This document shows positions 40,501-53,463 of a stretch of 64,000 bases of DNA, piece after piece (the first letter of the stretch is position 1; each line of letters begins with the position of its first letter). The stretch is from assembly GCA_973851085.1 (NCBI GenBank), contig OZ316776.1, positions 15,624,001 to 15,688,000 of the forward strand, written 5' to 3'. The translations under genes and the position numbers were made by a program. Source of the DNA: Ptychomitrium polyphyllum (lineage: Eukaryota). The notes beneath the pieces were generated by a model. That model ran no database searches. It saw only the letters and a program-made list of their open reading frames with translations, and was not told where the DNA came from.

Positions 40501-42749
40501 GCTCACCAAATTCGACTATCGACTTGCCAATCGGATCGACACAGATTTTCAGAAGCTGAGATGCCGCACAAACTACAAGGTATTTTTATTATTGATGATA
40601 TTGACCTCGTTTGCTTCCAAATTTGGCAATGAATATATTTGTAGAACCTGCTCCTATTTTAAGTGCCAAACGGGTTGCACTGAGATAGACACCTCCTTGT
40701 CATCCGGTTGGTCCTGCTCACAAGATTGATGTCCACTTTCTGACTCTTTTTTAGGCTCTACGCTTTACCAAACGTATCCAAGATATGGGGCAGACACTTG
40801 TGAACAGGATGAGGGCAAAGGGCGGCCGATACATTGCATTGCATCTAAGGTTTGAACTGAGCTCTCTTGGACTTCAAATGACCCTAAATATTTAATCCTT
40901 TGTCATTTCGTACTATTACAAAGTTGTTCGTATTCTTGCATTCATTATTTAAGAAGTGAGGAGCACTAATGAGTCTTCTGATGCAATCTTCTTGCATAGG
41001 CAATGTCTGCCTTTTGGTGCATTTCTGGGAAAATAAAAATCTGCATCGGTAATGGTGCCAGTAATATTCTAAATATCATCAATTCGTTACTTATCAGTTC
41101 TTGACGTAACTTGATGAACCTGCAGATATGAATCTGATATGCTAGCATTTTCGGGCTGCTACTATGGTGGAGGTGAGAAAGAAAAAAAGGAGTTGGGTGC
41201 CATTCGCAAGCGGTGGAAAACGCTACATGTAAGATCTACAGTAACCGTTTTTTTTTTAATCAATTTCAGCATGTACAAACGTCTGAGCTGCATTATAAAT
41301 GGGAATGAGCAGCTATTTTTGGAAGGCTTGAAAGCCTGCTCTGTGTACATGACAGTTTGTACATGAGGTTGATGCTGGTTTTGTGTTGTATTTAATTCTC
41401 AGTATCACGATCCGGAGAGAGAAAGACGCAATGGAAAGTGTCCTTTGACTCCAGAAGAAGTTGGTCTTATGCTCCGTGCACTGGGTTATGGCAAAGATTC
41501 CTATTTATATGTGGCCTCTGGCGAAGTTTATAATGGGGAGGCTTCATTAGCACCCTTGAAAGCCCTCTTCCCAAATTATTACACGAAAGCTGAATTATCA
41601 AGCCAGATGGAGCTAAAACCATTTAAGAAATTCTCATCGCAAATGGCTGCAATTGACTACATTGTTTGTTCACAGAGTGATGTCTTCGTGGCCAATAATA
41701 ATGGAAATATGGCGCGAATTCTAGCTGGTGAAAGGTATATATGCCGCAGCTTAATTGAACATATACTGATTTTTCAGTTACTACAGGTTACAAAATTCTT
41801 ATGCTTTGTAAATAGATGAAACTACCAGTTGCATCCTAGTTTTATTTGTTTCTGCACGGTGCATGGTTTTTACCTGTTCTTAAGTAAAGAGGACGTGTCC
41901 GGTTTGCACCTGCATGCACATAAAGGCCATTGCTGCTGTTGAAGCTGCTATTAATTTGGTGTGCAGACGTTTCAATGGTCACAAACGGACAATCAGACCC
42001 AATGCCAAGAAACTAGGTAGACTTTTACCTGCTAGGCATAATATGACATGGGAGGAGTTTGCTGAAAGCGTACAACATGTTCAGAAGGGTTTCATGGGTG
42101 ACCCAATGGAGGTAAAGTCCAGTCTTTTTTTTGATAAACGACAAATATAGGACCCAGAATGTTGTAGTTTCAGGCAGATCTGATGATTCCATTGGACATT
42201 GGGACACTGACATTAAAGGAACAATGCAAAACATTTAGTCAAGCTCATGGCACCTTCCATACCTTCTCGTCCACAACTGTGAAATTGAAATGCACTCAAG
42301 TACAAAACATTTGAGTTGTGTTACAGTTGCTGGAAATGTTTATTGCATTGTTATTTGTAATTTATTATCTCGTTTGTTTTGTTGTGCAGGTAAGGCCTGG
42401 ACGTGGTGAGTTCCATGAGAATCCTGCAGCGTGTATATGTGAGAAACCAGAAGTACAGGAGAAGCTGCAACTCTGGCGAGAGCAGCAAGCTAAAAAGCCC
42501 AAGAAAGTACAAGAAGCTACTGAAATCAAAGCACAAGATCCAGTTATTCCAGTAGAGGATAGAATTGATGCCGAGGAAGAAGAAGATGAGGAAGTACCAC
42601 TGGTGATTGAAGATGAGCAGGCAGGTGAGGAAACAGAGGTTGGAGCTGTCGAGGACTTGCTTCTGGAGAATGAAGGTACCAATGAGCAGGAAGGAAATGC
42701 TGAAGGAGTTGGTGATGGTGATGATGACGAAGAGGGTGACAACTATTGA
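37520..42749 (+). CDS. O-fucosyltransferase family protein (GT106/DUF246), type II membrane protein with acidic C-tail
   Basis: Transmembrane anchor in exon 1 (ISLVCFGALLLLAVLSVL). Motifs NGYLLIAASGGLNQQRTG/ITDSVVVARLLNATLVVPQLDHRSYWKDS/SNFSDIFDVDWFI, LTKFDYRLAN..FQKLRCRTNY, YIALHLR/YESDMLAFSGCYYGGG, GKCPLTPEEVGLMLRALG, MAAIDYIVC, RPGRGEFHENP. Stop at 42747-42749. Confidence 0.93.
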
Positions 42750-43273
42750 TACTGATGCACTTAGGATTCTGGTTCCAGTTCTACTCGATTACGCATCAAT
42801 CTCTTTGGAGATATTTATGTGTAAGCTTTCTGAAGTCGCACCATTCAGGCGGTGGTGAATTTGTGGCCCGTGTTTTGGAACATCACCCAAGCAGAGTATC
42901 CAGAAGTATTTTCCCACAAAGCTTGGGGCTTGTGTGCTCTCGTGCTAACATCAGCTCAAGAGCAAGATGCTTTTAGAAGTTTTATCAATGGTTCTGGTAG
43001 CTGTGATTGCACACCCGAGGCTGCAACTATGATGTAAAACAGCAAGTATCCTTTGAACGCTGCTGAAGATTATTTTCCAAATTTTGGTCTGGGATTTATT
43101 GCCAAACATGGAACGAAAGAAAGGTGGAAACTCTCTAGTTCGGAAGTTGGTGGTCAGTGCGTTCACGGGATGCCATAGAATTGTCTATGACGTCACCCTT
43201 TTAAGCAATCACTGCTCCGCTTTTTCAGCCTGAAATCTCAGCTTGCACCAGATTCTTTCCATCTCATGACTTT

Positions 43274-43350
43274 TGATTTCCTCAAGAATTATGTGGAGTG
43301 TTCCGATGCCGAATTACATGGGACACTTCACATAATTCTTGAGGAAACCA
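43274..43350 (+). ncRNA. Near-perfect 28-bp hairpin, candidate miRNA/siRNA precursor downstream of the GT106 stop
   Basis: TTTCCTCAAGAATTATGTGGAGTGTTCC (43277-43304) pairs fully with GGGACACTTCACATAATTCTTGAGGAAA (43320-43347) through two G:U pairs; loop about 15 nt. Confidence 0.5.
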
Positions 43351-46192
43351 TAGGATGCAAAGTCCTATATACAATCCTCGGGAACAGGATGCGAAGTTCT
43401 TGTCATTCCATAGGTGGATAGTTAGATCACATTAGCAGAGTAAAGTAGATTGTTATAAATCCAAACAAGGGTCCAGATTATTTTCCGACTCTTGATGTAC
43501 TTCTCTTCAGTATTACTCTTCATTCCACATGTGCCAACGTGCACGCTTTGGATTGTGTGTTCTCTTTTCTTGCTTCAGTAATAGAGCTATGTATGTTTTT
43601 GCTCATAACATCATATCAAGCTGGTAGTCCTGTTGTTTATCAGTTCCCAGGACATCTGCACTTGACTCTTTCTGTAGCCATTTTGGTGCTTACAATTGTC
43701 AATGGAATTAATCTCTTAAACAATTGGTATTTACACTTGCTCAAACCGTTCTATACCAAGTTACCAATTCAATCTAAATATCTATATTGAATTAGTTGTC
43801 ATTGAGATGGTAGGTTTTTTTTCCCTTGCATATGTAATTCTATTAACTCCTTTTGCTCCCTGCTATACATTCTTATGAAACTTTGTGTAGATTACTATTT
43901 GTCATACCTTAAAAATCTCTTTTTTGACCTTAGAATATTAACTTACAATGTTATCTTTTACTTTAATTCTTTAACAATTGAAATGGATTAACCTTAAAGT
44001 AATAAGATCTATAACCACAACTTTAAAACAACTTAAATGGTTGTATTCACAAACCATATTTATTTTTTATCAAATGATATCTATAGGATAAAAATAACAC
44101 ACTTTAATACATATTATTTAGACATCATACAAGTAAATTATAGATAATCAAAATTGGGAATCTTAAGATCCAACCTCTATATTCTAAGGTGACTTGACTC
44201 TCTAATACCATGGAGCCACATAATTAAAAGAAAGCTTAATATTTTGAGTTATTTTATCAATGCACGCCACTTCTATCAAAAAGTTCATATTATTTGAGAT
44301 ACTCTAGGACCCAATTAGGACCCAATTATTGAACAAAAACCTAGAATACCATTAAATTAATAATCTACATCACTTTAGATTATAAGAATAGTTAATGAAA
44401 GCTCTTAGCAACATATGAATTACGGTACATGCTGCTGAAACTAGAAACCACAGGAAGAGTACCACCACTTAGAAAGGCTCTCTGAGAAGACTCCCACGAC
44501 GGTCCACAGCTTTTTGGCTTTGTCCACTGCAAGTGAAGCATTGACGGGAGAAGCGTTTCCTATCTCAACTGTATGTGCGAATTGCCATACGGGTACTTGA
44601 CACATGAATCAGTGAGTCTGATATGTAGCGCTTGAATGCTTGTAGCCATAAAAAGCCTGCAGCACAGGAAAAAAGGCAGTGCTGAGTCAATAGCATAAGG
44701 AGCTCAAGAGTTCTTACACCGAGTGAGCCCTTCCAGTTGAATTGTGTATTTCTGTCAGTTCAAAGTCAGAAATTAGACTATGATTTTAGCAATAACTTGA
44801 GAACAAAATATAGGATTAAAATTGTCAATCACCTCGGTGCCTTGCTACTATCATGCAGGACGTTAGTGTGAATGTGGTAACTTAACAGATTTGTTAACAA
44901 ATTGGGCAATCCTTGTTATTTTCAATATGGCGTTACTCCTCTTTGTTGCGCTTCCACGTACATCCACACAGCACAGATTGCCTTGATTCAAACTCTAGAA
45001 ACCAAAATGAAACACGCGCTGCACACACCGTTGGTATTAACTTAGAGGAAATCACGAAGTCGCCAACATGTAGCGGGCGTAGAAAGCTAATCACTCCAGA
45101 TAGCAACAAAACTCTCTTGAGCTCCTATGAAAAGACGAAAAGCGCAAAATAGAGATTTCTCATAGGAATCTTGATTCGCCATCATCTCGAGCAACAACAT
45201 CGACCGTCTCCCCACATACACAACGGAACGATCACTCCTTGGCATGGTCACACAACCATAATCAGAACACGGCTTCAAAATGAATTCCGAGTGGCCCACT
45301 TGCAAACTCTCGACTGTGAGTGCGTGTTGGTGCGCATAGAGAATAGTTCTCTTCGTCCAGGAATATTCTCCACAAGCTCAGAAGCGTAAAGCAAGAGACA
45401 CCGAGAGCTCTATTGTAAGGTGTGCTAGAAGAAGAAAATGTTTGCGAGACAGATCGTGTTGGCCCGTACTCCCCGCCACATTGTCTGGAAGTCAGACCCT
45501 CGGCATCACCACGATGGTTCACGCTTAGCTGCTGTCGACTTGACGGTACAAACAAAAATTAAAGTCCACTGAAACGAGAATCATACCTGTGCTAGTAAGA
45601 AGAATGTACGAGATCAATCTGCTGAGCAAGAGTGAGCCTGCAAGATCCAAAGCAACTGGAAAATAATAGCGGATGAGTTCTTTCCAACAAATTGAAACAT
45701 GGAAACGTGTAAAGAAGTGCACTTTGCAATATAGAAGCCAAGTAGAGAGAAAATTTAGAATAGTTAAATGGAACACCGTCTAGGTTATGTACTAAAGCAA
45801 ATAGCTGACTTCAGTTAACCAAGAGACTTGCACCCTGCAAACGGTGGTAAACGTTAACACTACATTATGATCAAGTCATGTTTTGAGAGGCTGGGCCTTG
45901 AGAAAACCAACCAGATAAAACTAATCTCAGATCAAACCCCTGGCATTTCAAGAATCGTGAACTCAGTGACGAAATCAGAGCAGCACAAAAGGAACATGAA
46001 TTACACGGGTAGAACGTGTGCTACCACTGTTGTATCGAATTTCATAATGTACAGCGTAATCTTTGATGAGAATACAGCGAATGGCCTTTGATGGAACTAA
46101 GTGTACAGTTGAGAAGCTATTGCTAAGTGGTTGTGCTTACATATAGTCCACGGTGTTTGTGGACACTTGAAAAGCTCTGCAACCACTGCGAC

Positions 46193-46768
46193 CTAAAAGT
46201 CGAGGTCTGTCTGAAAGACAGGCTCAATACGCCGGATATACCTACTAGTCGGTACCCCAAGCATCTGGTCTTTACAAGTATTGACTGCGGGTGAATCATA
46301 ATTCTCAAAGACGTCTCGAATGGCATCACTGAACTGAATATACCTCCTCTTCAAATTTTCCTCTTCTTTCCCTTCCAGACCCTGAATCAAATCTTCGCAC
46401 AAGCTTTTCAAGCCTTCCAGGCCAAAAAACTCCGCCTCTTCCTGCAGACCTCGAATTGAAGGGATATCAGAAAGCCAGACTGTCCCACATCGGAGGTAGT
46501 TGAGAACGTGTGCGAACCTTGCTGCATCTCTGTCGATAAAAGGTATACTGCTTGTTGAGTGGTGCCGAGTTATCATTGCATTGAGCATTGAATTGCTATC
46601 AAGACACAAAGTTTGACGAGAGGTTTCGAAAACTGTTCCCCCGACATTCACTACAATTCTGCTGTTCGCCTCGTCCTTGACTTGGGGCCAAAACCCTTCG
46701 GCCTTGCGTTTAGAAGAATAGAGCACGCAAGAGTCAGAGGTTGAGTCCTCCAGCTCGTCGAGCTTCAT
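46193..46768 (-). CDS. KCTD-type BTB/POZ (T1) domain protein, intronless CDS, 191 aa
   Basis: IVVNVGGTVFETSRQTL...MLNAM...FIDRDAARFAHVLNYLRCG...LQEEAEFFGLEGL is the BTB_2 signature. An acceptor AACAG just upstream of the ATG suggests a 5'UTR intron. Confidence 0.92.
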   Translation of the reverse strand: MKLDELEDSTSDSCVLYSSKRKAEGFWPQVKDEANSRIVVNVGGTVFETSRQTLCLDSNSMLNAMITRHHSTSSIPFIDRDAARFAHVLNYLRCGTVWLSDIPSIRGLQEEAEFFGLEGLKSLCEDLIQGLEGKEEENLKRRYIQFSDAIRDVFENYDSPAVNTCKDQMLGVPTSRYIRRIEPVFQTDLDF

Positions 46769-49700
46769 TGAATCCTGTTTACCGAAGATGAGGTTGAAAA
46801 GTTTAGGTCTTTCCCCGAAGCTACCCTAGCTCTAACACCTCCGACTAGTATATTCGCATTCCTATGCCTACCTGCACAATGAAAGCTTCTGTTAGCATGA
46901 CATATATGACTGAGGATTTCAGGCATGTGTCTAGGTTTTCCAACAATGCAGGAAATCTTGGCGAGTTGCACAGACAATCAACTCATCGTCATTCACAGTT
47001 AAATCCGACATCATGAGCTCAGTCAGGACTACGATTTGTCTCCAAGACTGACGACGCTACCGGTTTAAAAGATAAAGGTTCTATAATATTACGATTCATA
47101 ACCTTGCACCTACTAAATTCCAGGAAAAATGTACGGAAAAGCGTGCAACGAAAACTCGAGCTAGAATTCCTCAAGAGCAACCGGATAACCTACGGAATCT
47201 TCAAAAAACTGCAACCAAGACGAGATACGAGAAGCAGCTCCAAAAAGAAATTCCACACAAATAGATACAAGACTCGCGAAATCTCTAACTCGCTCTTCGA
47301 TAGCACAAGCCTAAAAAACGCAGTCCACACAAGACTAAAAAGCATTCGAATTGCTTACAATCGGAAAAACAACAATAAGAGGCAAAAGAACAGCAAAGCA
47401 CGCAACCGTTTACATCAACTCTCACGCAAGTTCTGGATCTACTTCTTACGCCCGCCACAATTCACCACGCTCAACTCTAAATACATCGAATACGAAGTCC
47501 ACGTTCGATTGAAACGCATCATCTGAATTACAAGACAAACCTAACAACCGAAACGATAACCGAACCTCCTAAACCGAGCCTGTAGAAAAACAGGCAATAC
47601 AAAAAAACACTTGCCGAAGCTCGATCAGAGGCAATAACCTACGACAACTCGAACTGATGCAACGACATCACAACACCAAACCTCGTCGCTGAGAGCTCAA
47701 AACATACGAAAACCAGAGGAAACCGCAGAAACGCACCAGAAGAATCCACCAGAACGGCGTACAGAAGAGACTTAAACGCCGCACTCAAAAACGCTCCGGC
47801 GTCACGACCGGGAAAGCATCCTCACCGCTTTCAAGATCATCGCCGGAGAAGTCGAGGCATCCCTCTCGCCCTCTCTCCCTCTCGTCCACACAAGGAACAC
47901 AATCTCTTCCAATTTCGACCTCCAAATCGAGCCAGCAGAAGCTTAGAAAACGTATAAAGAGCGGCACCTCTCCGTCACACCGTCGTGGTGTCCACGCTCA
48001 CAGCGAATGACGACAGAAGTGGCTCCTTACAGATGCGAAGCTCGTCACTTATTGCAAATGGCGATGCTTCTTCCTCTTCGTCTTCTTCGTCCTCATCCGG
48101 GCTCTCCACAAAATACCCGCCGATGCCATGGCTCCTAGAACCGCCTCTTTCTGACCCGGTCCAACTAGTTCTCACCTTGAAGGTCTAGAACTCATCACCA
48201 TATCCAAGACTTACTTATCTATCAAATTCGTTCAATTCGGAGCTGATATCCACGATTTGAGTAGAAAGTAACGCTTCTGCTTAGGGTGTCGGTTTTATGT
48301 CTTCTTCTTCGCCCTATTTTTTACTCCAGAGGTACGACGCCAGCCGATACTATGGCGTCAGGGACCGGATCTCGTCACTACAGTTTAAATCCGACATTAT
48401 CTAATTTCAGTTCTCAAAATCAAGAGACTGTGCGGATGGAGTCGCGTTTGAGTAGGGTGTCGGATATGGGTGTACATCTGCAAATCTCACCGGTGTAACA
48501 AAAATATACCCCCGCATTCGAGAACCTGACGTACTCTATTATAGATGAGAGCGGACCTGGACCTAGGTCGACACCCTGGGGCTAAGATGCGGATTAGACG
48601 CGGCCCCGACCTCGTCCAAATCGGGAACCACTACTGACCCTATGACATGGTGCCACGACGGCAACGATGTCAGAAGTTCTTAAATACGTGATTCTTCTGA
48701 GCATGCGGTGTACATTCCAGATCCAACTAGATACCGTATCTATGTTCCAAATATAGCTGCGTATTCATATGACGCAGCAACGTACGTATTTAGTACGATA
48801 GGAGGACGCTCTTTTCCTTTTCGTGGTTCTTTTCTTTTTGTCAATTAAGGTGCAACATTCCTTCTGTAATCGACACGTGGCGTAGCTGAAAGGCTTGTAT
48901 TGCTTGTTGCTTAAAGGTGGCGGAAATACTGTAGAGACTACCGTACAATAAAGTTGGTAGAACTGAATACTGTATATTCGTTCAGTTTGTATCAAAAGCA
49001 AATTACTGAATATTCAAACATTTAATTTATTGTCGTTTGTATGGTTGAAATATTTATAACAAGTTCGGTATACATTTCGAAGGAATGAAATGTTTTCAAT
49101 AGTTCAAATTTATAGTTATATCAATATTAATTGTAATAGTAATAGAATTATGGTTTAGACGTATGAAAGATGAAAACCTGGTCATTATTTTTTCACTTGT
49201 ATTTTTTTTTAACCAACTCAAGAGTATTTCGAATTTGGAAAAATTAAGAGAAAAATGGTTTTTTGATTCTTAAAACCTCAAGGCAATAAGATATAACACA
49301 ACAAAGTATAAAATCATCAAGTGTAGAAATTGATAAAATCTACATAATAGAACTTCCTTGCTACAAAGGTCAAAGTTTACATTAGAAAGCATGATGCTAC
49401 ATAATTTTGTGATAGAATTTTATGAATAGCAAGAAATTTTAGAATTAATAATGTAGTGAATTTTTTTGAGTTTTTTTAAAAGAATAATGTAAAGTTCAAC
49501 AATGATTTTAATATTGTTAATAAAAAAGAAAGTTGTATTTTATATAATTTGAAGTTGATTGCATTTGTAATTCATTATTTTCATGTTGCGTGAAATAAAA
49601 GACAAGACCGTTGAAGATTACAACAATAAAAATGGAGAAAGAGTGTTGTCTTCAAACTTGTAAATATACTATTATTAAACTCAATAATGGAGCTTTTAAC

Positions 49701-49836
49701 ATTACATAATGATTTAGGTTTTGAATTTTCCAAAAACATGATAATTATATAGGTTGGAATTTATAATGTTTTAAAAATATGTTGATAATAGAAGTTAAGT
49801 TACTCATGATATTGATATTAATTTGGAATTAGAAGC

Positions 49837-50190
49837 ATGGACAATTCTAAAAATTATAAAGACTTAAATTTAAGACTATCATCTACAATGAATTTCACAA
49901 CCATACATGACAAACAAGAAGATGACGATGAATGTGAAGATGACAACAATACATTGGTAATTTTTGTATTAAAAATGTAGAACTAAATTATATTACATAA
50001 GTTTATGAAATTTACAAATGGTACTGATATTATTTAAAAATCCATGAAATACTTAATTTGATTGATACTATAAAATCATACATTAATAGTTAACATTTTG
50101 AAACATTGGCTTATCTAAATTTCTACATAATTACTCGCACGGATTTACTAATTTAAAATACAATTTAAAATCTAAACACCCTAAACACTC

Positions 50191-50238
<48 letters not shown>

Positions 50239-53019
50239 AATAATATTGATAATGATGATTGTATAGTCCATTGAAGCCACTTCAAGTATTGAATCTGTAA
50301 CTAGCATCTACACTGCCACACCTAAAGATTCTTTTATGGCTGAAGAATCTTTGAAAAGTGAAGAAGCAGGTATACAAAAAAAAAAACTATATTAAACGTT
50401 TCAAAAAAGATATAAAATCTTATGAATTTTTTTTTTAATATCCTGAAAAGAAAAATGAATTCCATAAAGGAGATTAAATGGAAGTGGTATAAAAAATTTA
50501 TTTCTAATATTTAGAAGCATGAGCACAACTTGCCGTAGGTGATCGTATTTCGACCGGGAGATCATCGCAAATTATGGACCATGATTTATTTCCAAGGCCC
50601 CCTTTTTTACCTCATAAACCAGGGGCAATGATCTACACTTATACAAAAAAAAACCCACATCATTCTAAAAGCCGTAAAATAAAAAGAGTTAACATTTATT
50701 ATTGAATTTTATATAAACCTCACACAGTTCCAGTCAATATGGAAGAATAAATGCATAATACTACAATGACTGAATTATTGTTAATATTTTTTTAATGGAT
50801 ATTGAGCAGCAAGGCGCATTGCGATCACTGGCTACAATCATCATGTACAAAATTAGCTTGTTTATTTTTTTATATTGGAATTTACGAAAAAGCTAATTAA
50901 GTCAAAAATACAATCATCTCAACAAATAATGTTGTTTTTTCTCTATAATATAGGATGCCTTCTTCCAATGTTGAGGTTTTTCATAAGTAAATATAGAAAA
51001 TACTTCAGCTATAATATTAATTTTAATTTTAATGTTTTCTTTTTTCTTTTTTCTTTTTTCATTTTTAGGAATACAAATTCTCTTGACAATACATTGGCTA
51101 TGGAGGAGAGAAATGAGTTTCTTCCAGAGTTTGATTGTGAAGATTTTGATAAAGCTGTAACTGAAAAACATAAATCATTATTGGATGATATTACATCATC
51201 ACATAATAATTCACTTATGGCTGATTTGGCAAAAGAAGAAGTTCCTGTAACTAAATCTGTAACTTAACTGTAACCTCATTAGATTGTAATACTAAAAAGG
51301 AAAAAATATTGGAGTGTTGGGCAAAACTAAAAGACTAAATTTAAACACACTAATTAAGTTGAGTAGCATGGTAGTCTTGAAGCTACTAAAGTAACATACT
51401 AATAGTATTCTGATATTTGTTTTGTAAAATGTAAAACTCTTCATGCTTTTGTTTTTGTACTTAATCAAGTGGAGAATTCTTTCATGTAGATAAGCAAAGA
51501 ATTGAAGAATCTATTTACTTATATTGAACAATTCAAACCCCAAGACATAAACATTGGGACAAGTTTGAAGCCTTTTTATCCTGAATATATCCTTGCATTA
51601 GGCTTTGTTGATGAATTTATTAAAGTTCCTCGTCCTGATGGAAAATTTTGTGATTTGGGTTTGAAGGTAAGATATTGAATTTTTATTGGATTTGTATTAC
51701 CTACGTTAAGACATATTATTTAAAGTAGTGTATTATATTATTTCATTGGTTTGAATTTTGATGCACAATTGAATTTCAAATTTAGAAAAAAATAGAATCA
51801 ATTTTGTTATTAGGTTTTTAAGTTTAAAAGAAGCTAAAATGGCTATATTAATTAAATTTTACAAATATTATTGCTTAGATACAATAAATATAATAATGAA
51901 GGTGTTGGATGAAGATGGACCAAAACAAAGTGATCCAGCTGTATTAACCTTGCACATTCATTCAATGTCTATGAAATCTAATTTTCAACTTCTTAAGGTT
52001 TGAATTATATTTATCGTAATCTTTATTTTAATGTTTATAGTAGGATTTATCAAACCTATATTTTTTATAAAATCCAAACCACCAATTTCATAAAAAGACC
52101 TTCCATTTTAATGACATTATAGTTAAAAAATAAGCTTCATTGTCAATTAATCAACAGAAGTGATGTTCAAAATTTGAAATTATATTTATTGATTTAGAAA
52201 CTAGAAATATAAGTATTATATATGGTAGTTATATAATGTACCTTTGAATTATTTGTTTTAGATTCCATCAATTGAAAATGTCAAGAATATTGGACAAAAG
52301 TTAGATGCATGGATTAATAGCATAAAAGAATTACATCATTCAAAACCACCACCTTCAATTTTATTTTCAAAATCTATGCCAGATATGGCTAAATTAAAAC
52401 AGGTTCTTTTTTGTGAAGACATATATATATCTCTGTAATTTATATATATGTATATGAATATATATTATAGATCCCAATACACATTCAATTACTAAAAACA
52501 TTACAACTGTGGTACTATCATTATATCATTAATGTTCTTATTGGTGATATGATTTAAAATTTGCAAAAATTATCAAAATGAAATATTTTTTATATGGTTT
52601 TCAAAGTTAATGTATATCAAAAAATTTAACATGTAGATTTGGCCTATTGAACTTGATATAATTTTAAACGAAATCACACTCCCATCTGCTAAACTAGACG
52701 TAGATCTTGGTACATTTATTGATATTTATTGTTCAATATTTGATATACCTGTGTAAGTTTCTTGTGCATTTTATTTATTTTTTATATTACAGTAAAGTGA
52801 TATTATGAACTAGTTCAAGATTCTCATATTTTTATTAACTTTTTACTACATAGTGATGCATTTATGAAAATCTCTTTGTTTAAAGCTATAATGTTTAATT
52901 AACAATGTTACAGGTACCAAAACAAAGTGGATTCATTGCATGTTTTATTTGTACTATATTTGGAATTAAAACAACAGTTTTGTTATAGTACATCATCAAC
53001 ATATTGGCTTAATCAATAA
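49837..53019 (+). CDS. IFT46: Intraflagellar transport protein 46 (IFT-B core), AT-rich
   Basis: Conserved exons: 51490-51666 (ISKELKNLFTYIEQFKPQDINIGTSLKPFYPEYILALGFVDEFIKVPRPDGKFCDLGLK), 51902-51997 (VLDEDGPKQSDPAVLTL), 52262-52402 (KLDAWINSIKELHHSKPPPSILFSKSMPD), 52637-52752 (IWPIELD..LPSAKLDVDL..IFDIP), 52914-53019 (YQNKVDSLHVLFVLYLELK). The acidic N-terminal exons (49837-49956, 50267-50369, ~50539-50673, ~51070 onward) and the start codon are less certain. Confidence 0.92.
50191..50244. repeat. (TAAA)n followed by (TAA)n microsatellite in a putative IFT46 intron
   Basis: About 11 TAAA units followed by TAA units. Confidence 0.95.
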
Positions 53020-53463
53020 ACCAAGAGTTTAGTTAGCAAACGTAGTAGCTTAGAAGATGAATGAAAATTCATAAATGGTGTTTATCAATTTTCTGTAATC
53101 AATGAAGCAATCTTAATGGTTCAATTTAAAACAGATCAACTACAATATCAACCTTCTTCACTATAGGTCATCTTTAATTGATATAATATTTATTACACAC
53201 AACTATACAGTTCATTATAAGAATGCTTTTCTTCACAATGTAAAGATAGCATGAATAGCTCTGTATATATTTAGCTGCTACTTTTCATATAGAAGAAAGA
53301 TCATTTTCAGTGAGGTATTGTTGGATGATGTCAAAATGAAACTAAAGTAGTGTCAGCCAGCAAATTTTTTTGGTGCACCTCTGATTACCTAAGGTTCAGT
53401 GTTTTTACCTTCACAATTCATAACATCTGTCGTACTGCAATATATTCATAATTAGATGGACGG

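Larger units (their letters stand above)
49000..53300. other. Second AT-rich island, coextensive with the IFT46 gene
   Basis: Sharp drop in GC from about 49.0 to about 53.3 kb. Confidence 0.88.

Noticed and set aside
47104..47526. 140-aa K/R-rich plus-strand ORF
   Set aside because: Antisense to the T-rich 5'UTR intron of the BTB gene, with a TTG start; likely a compositional artefact.
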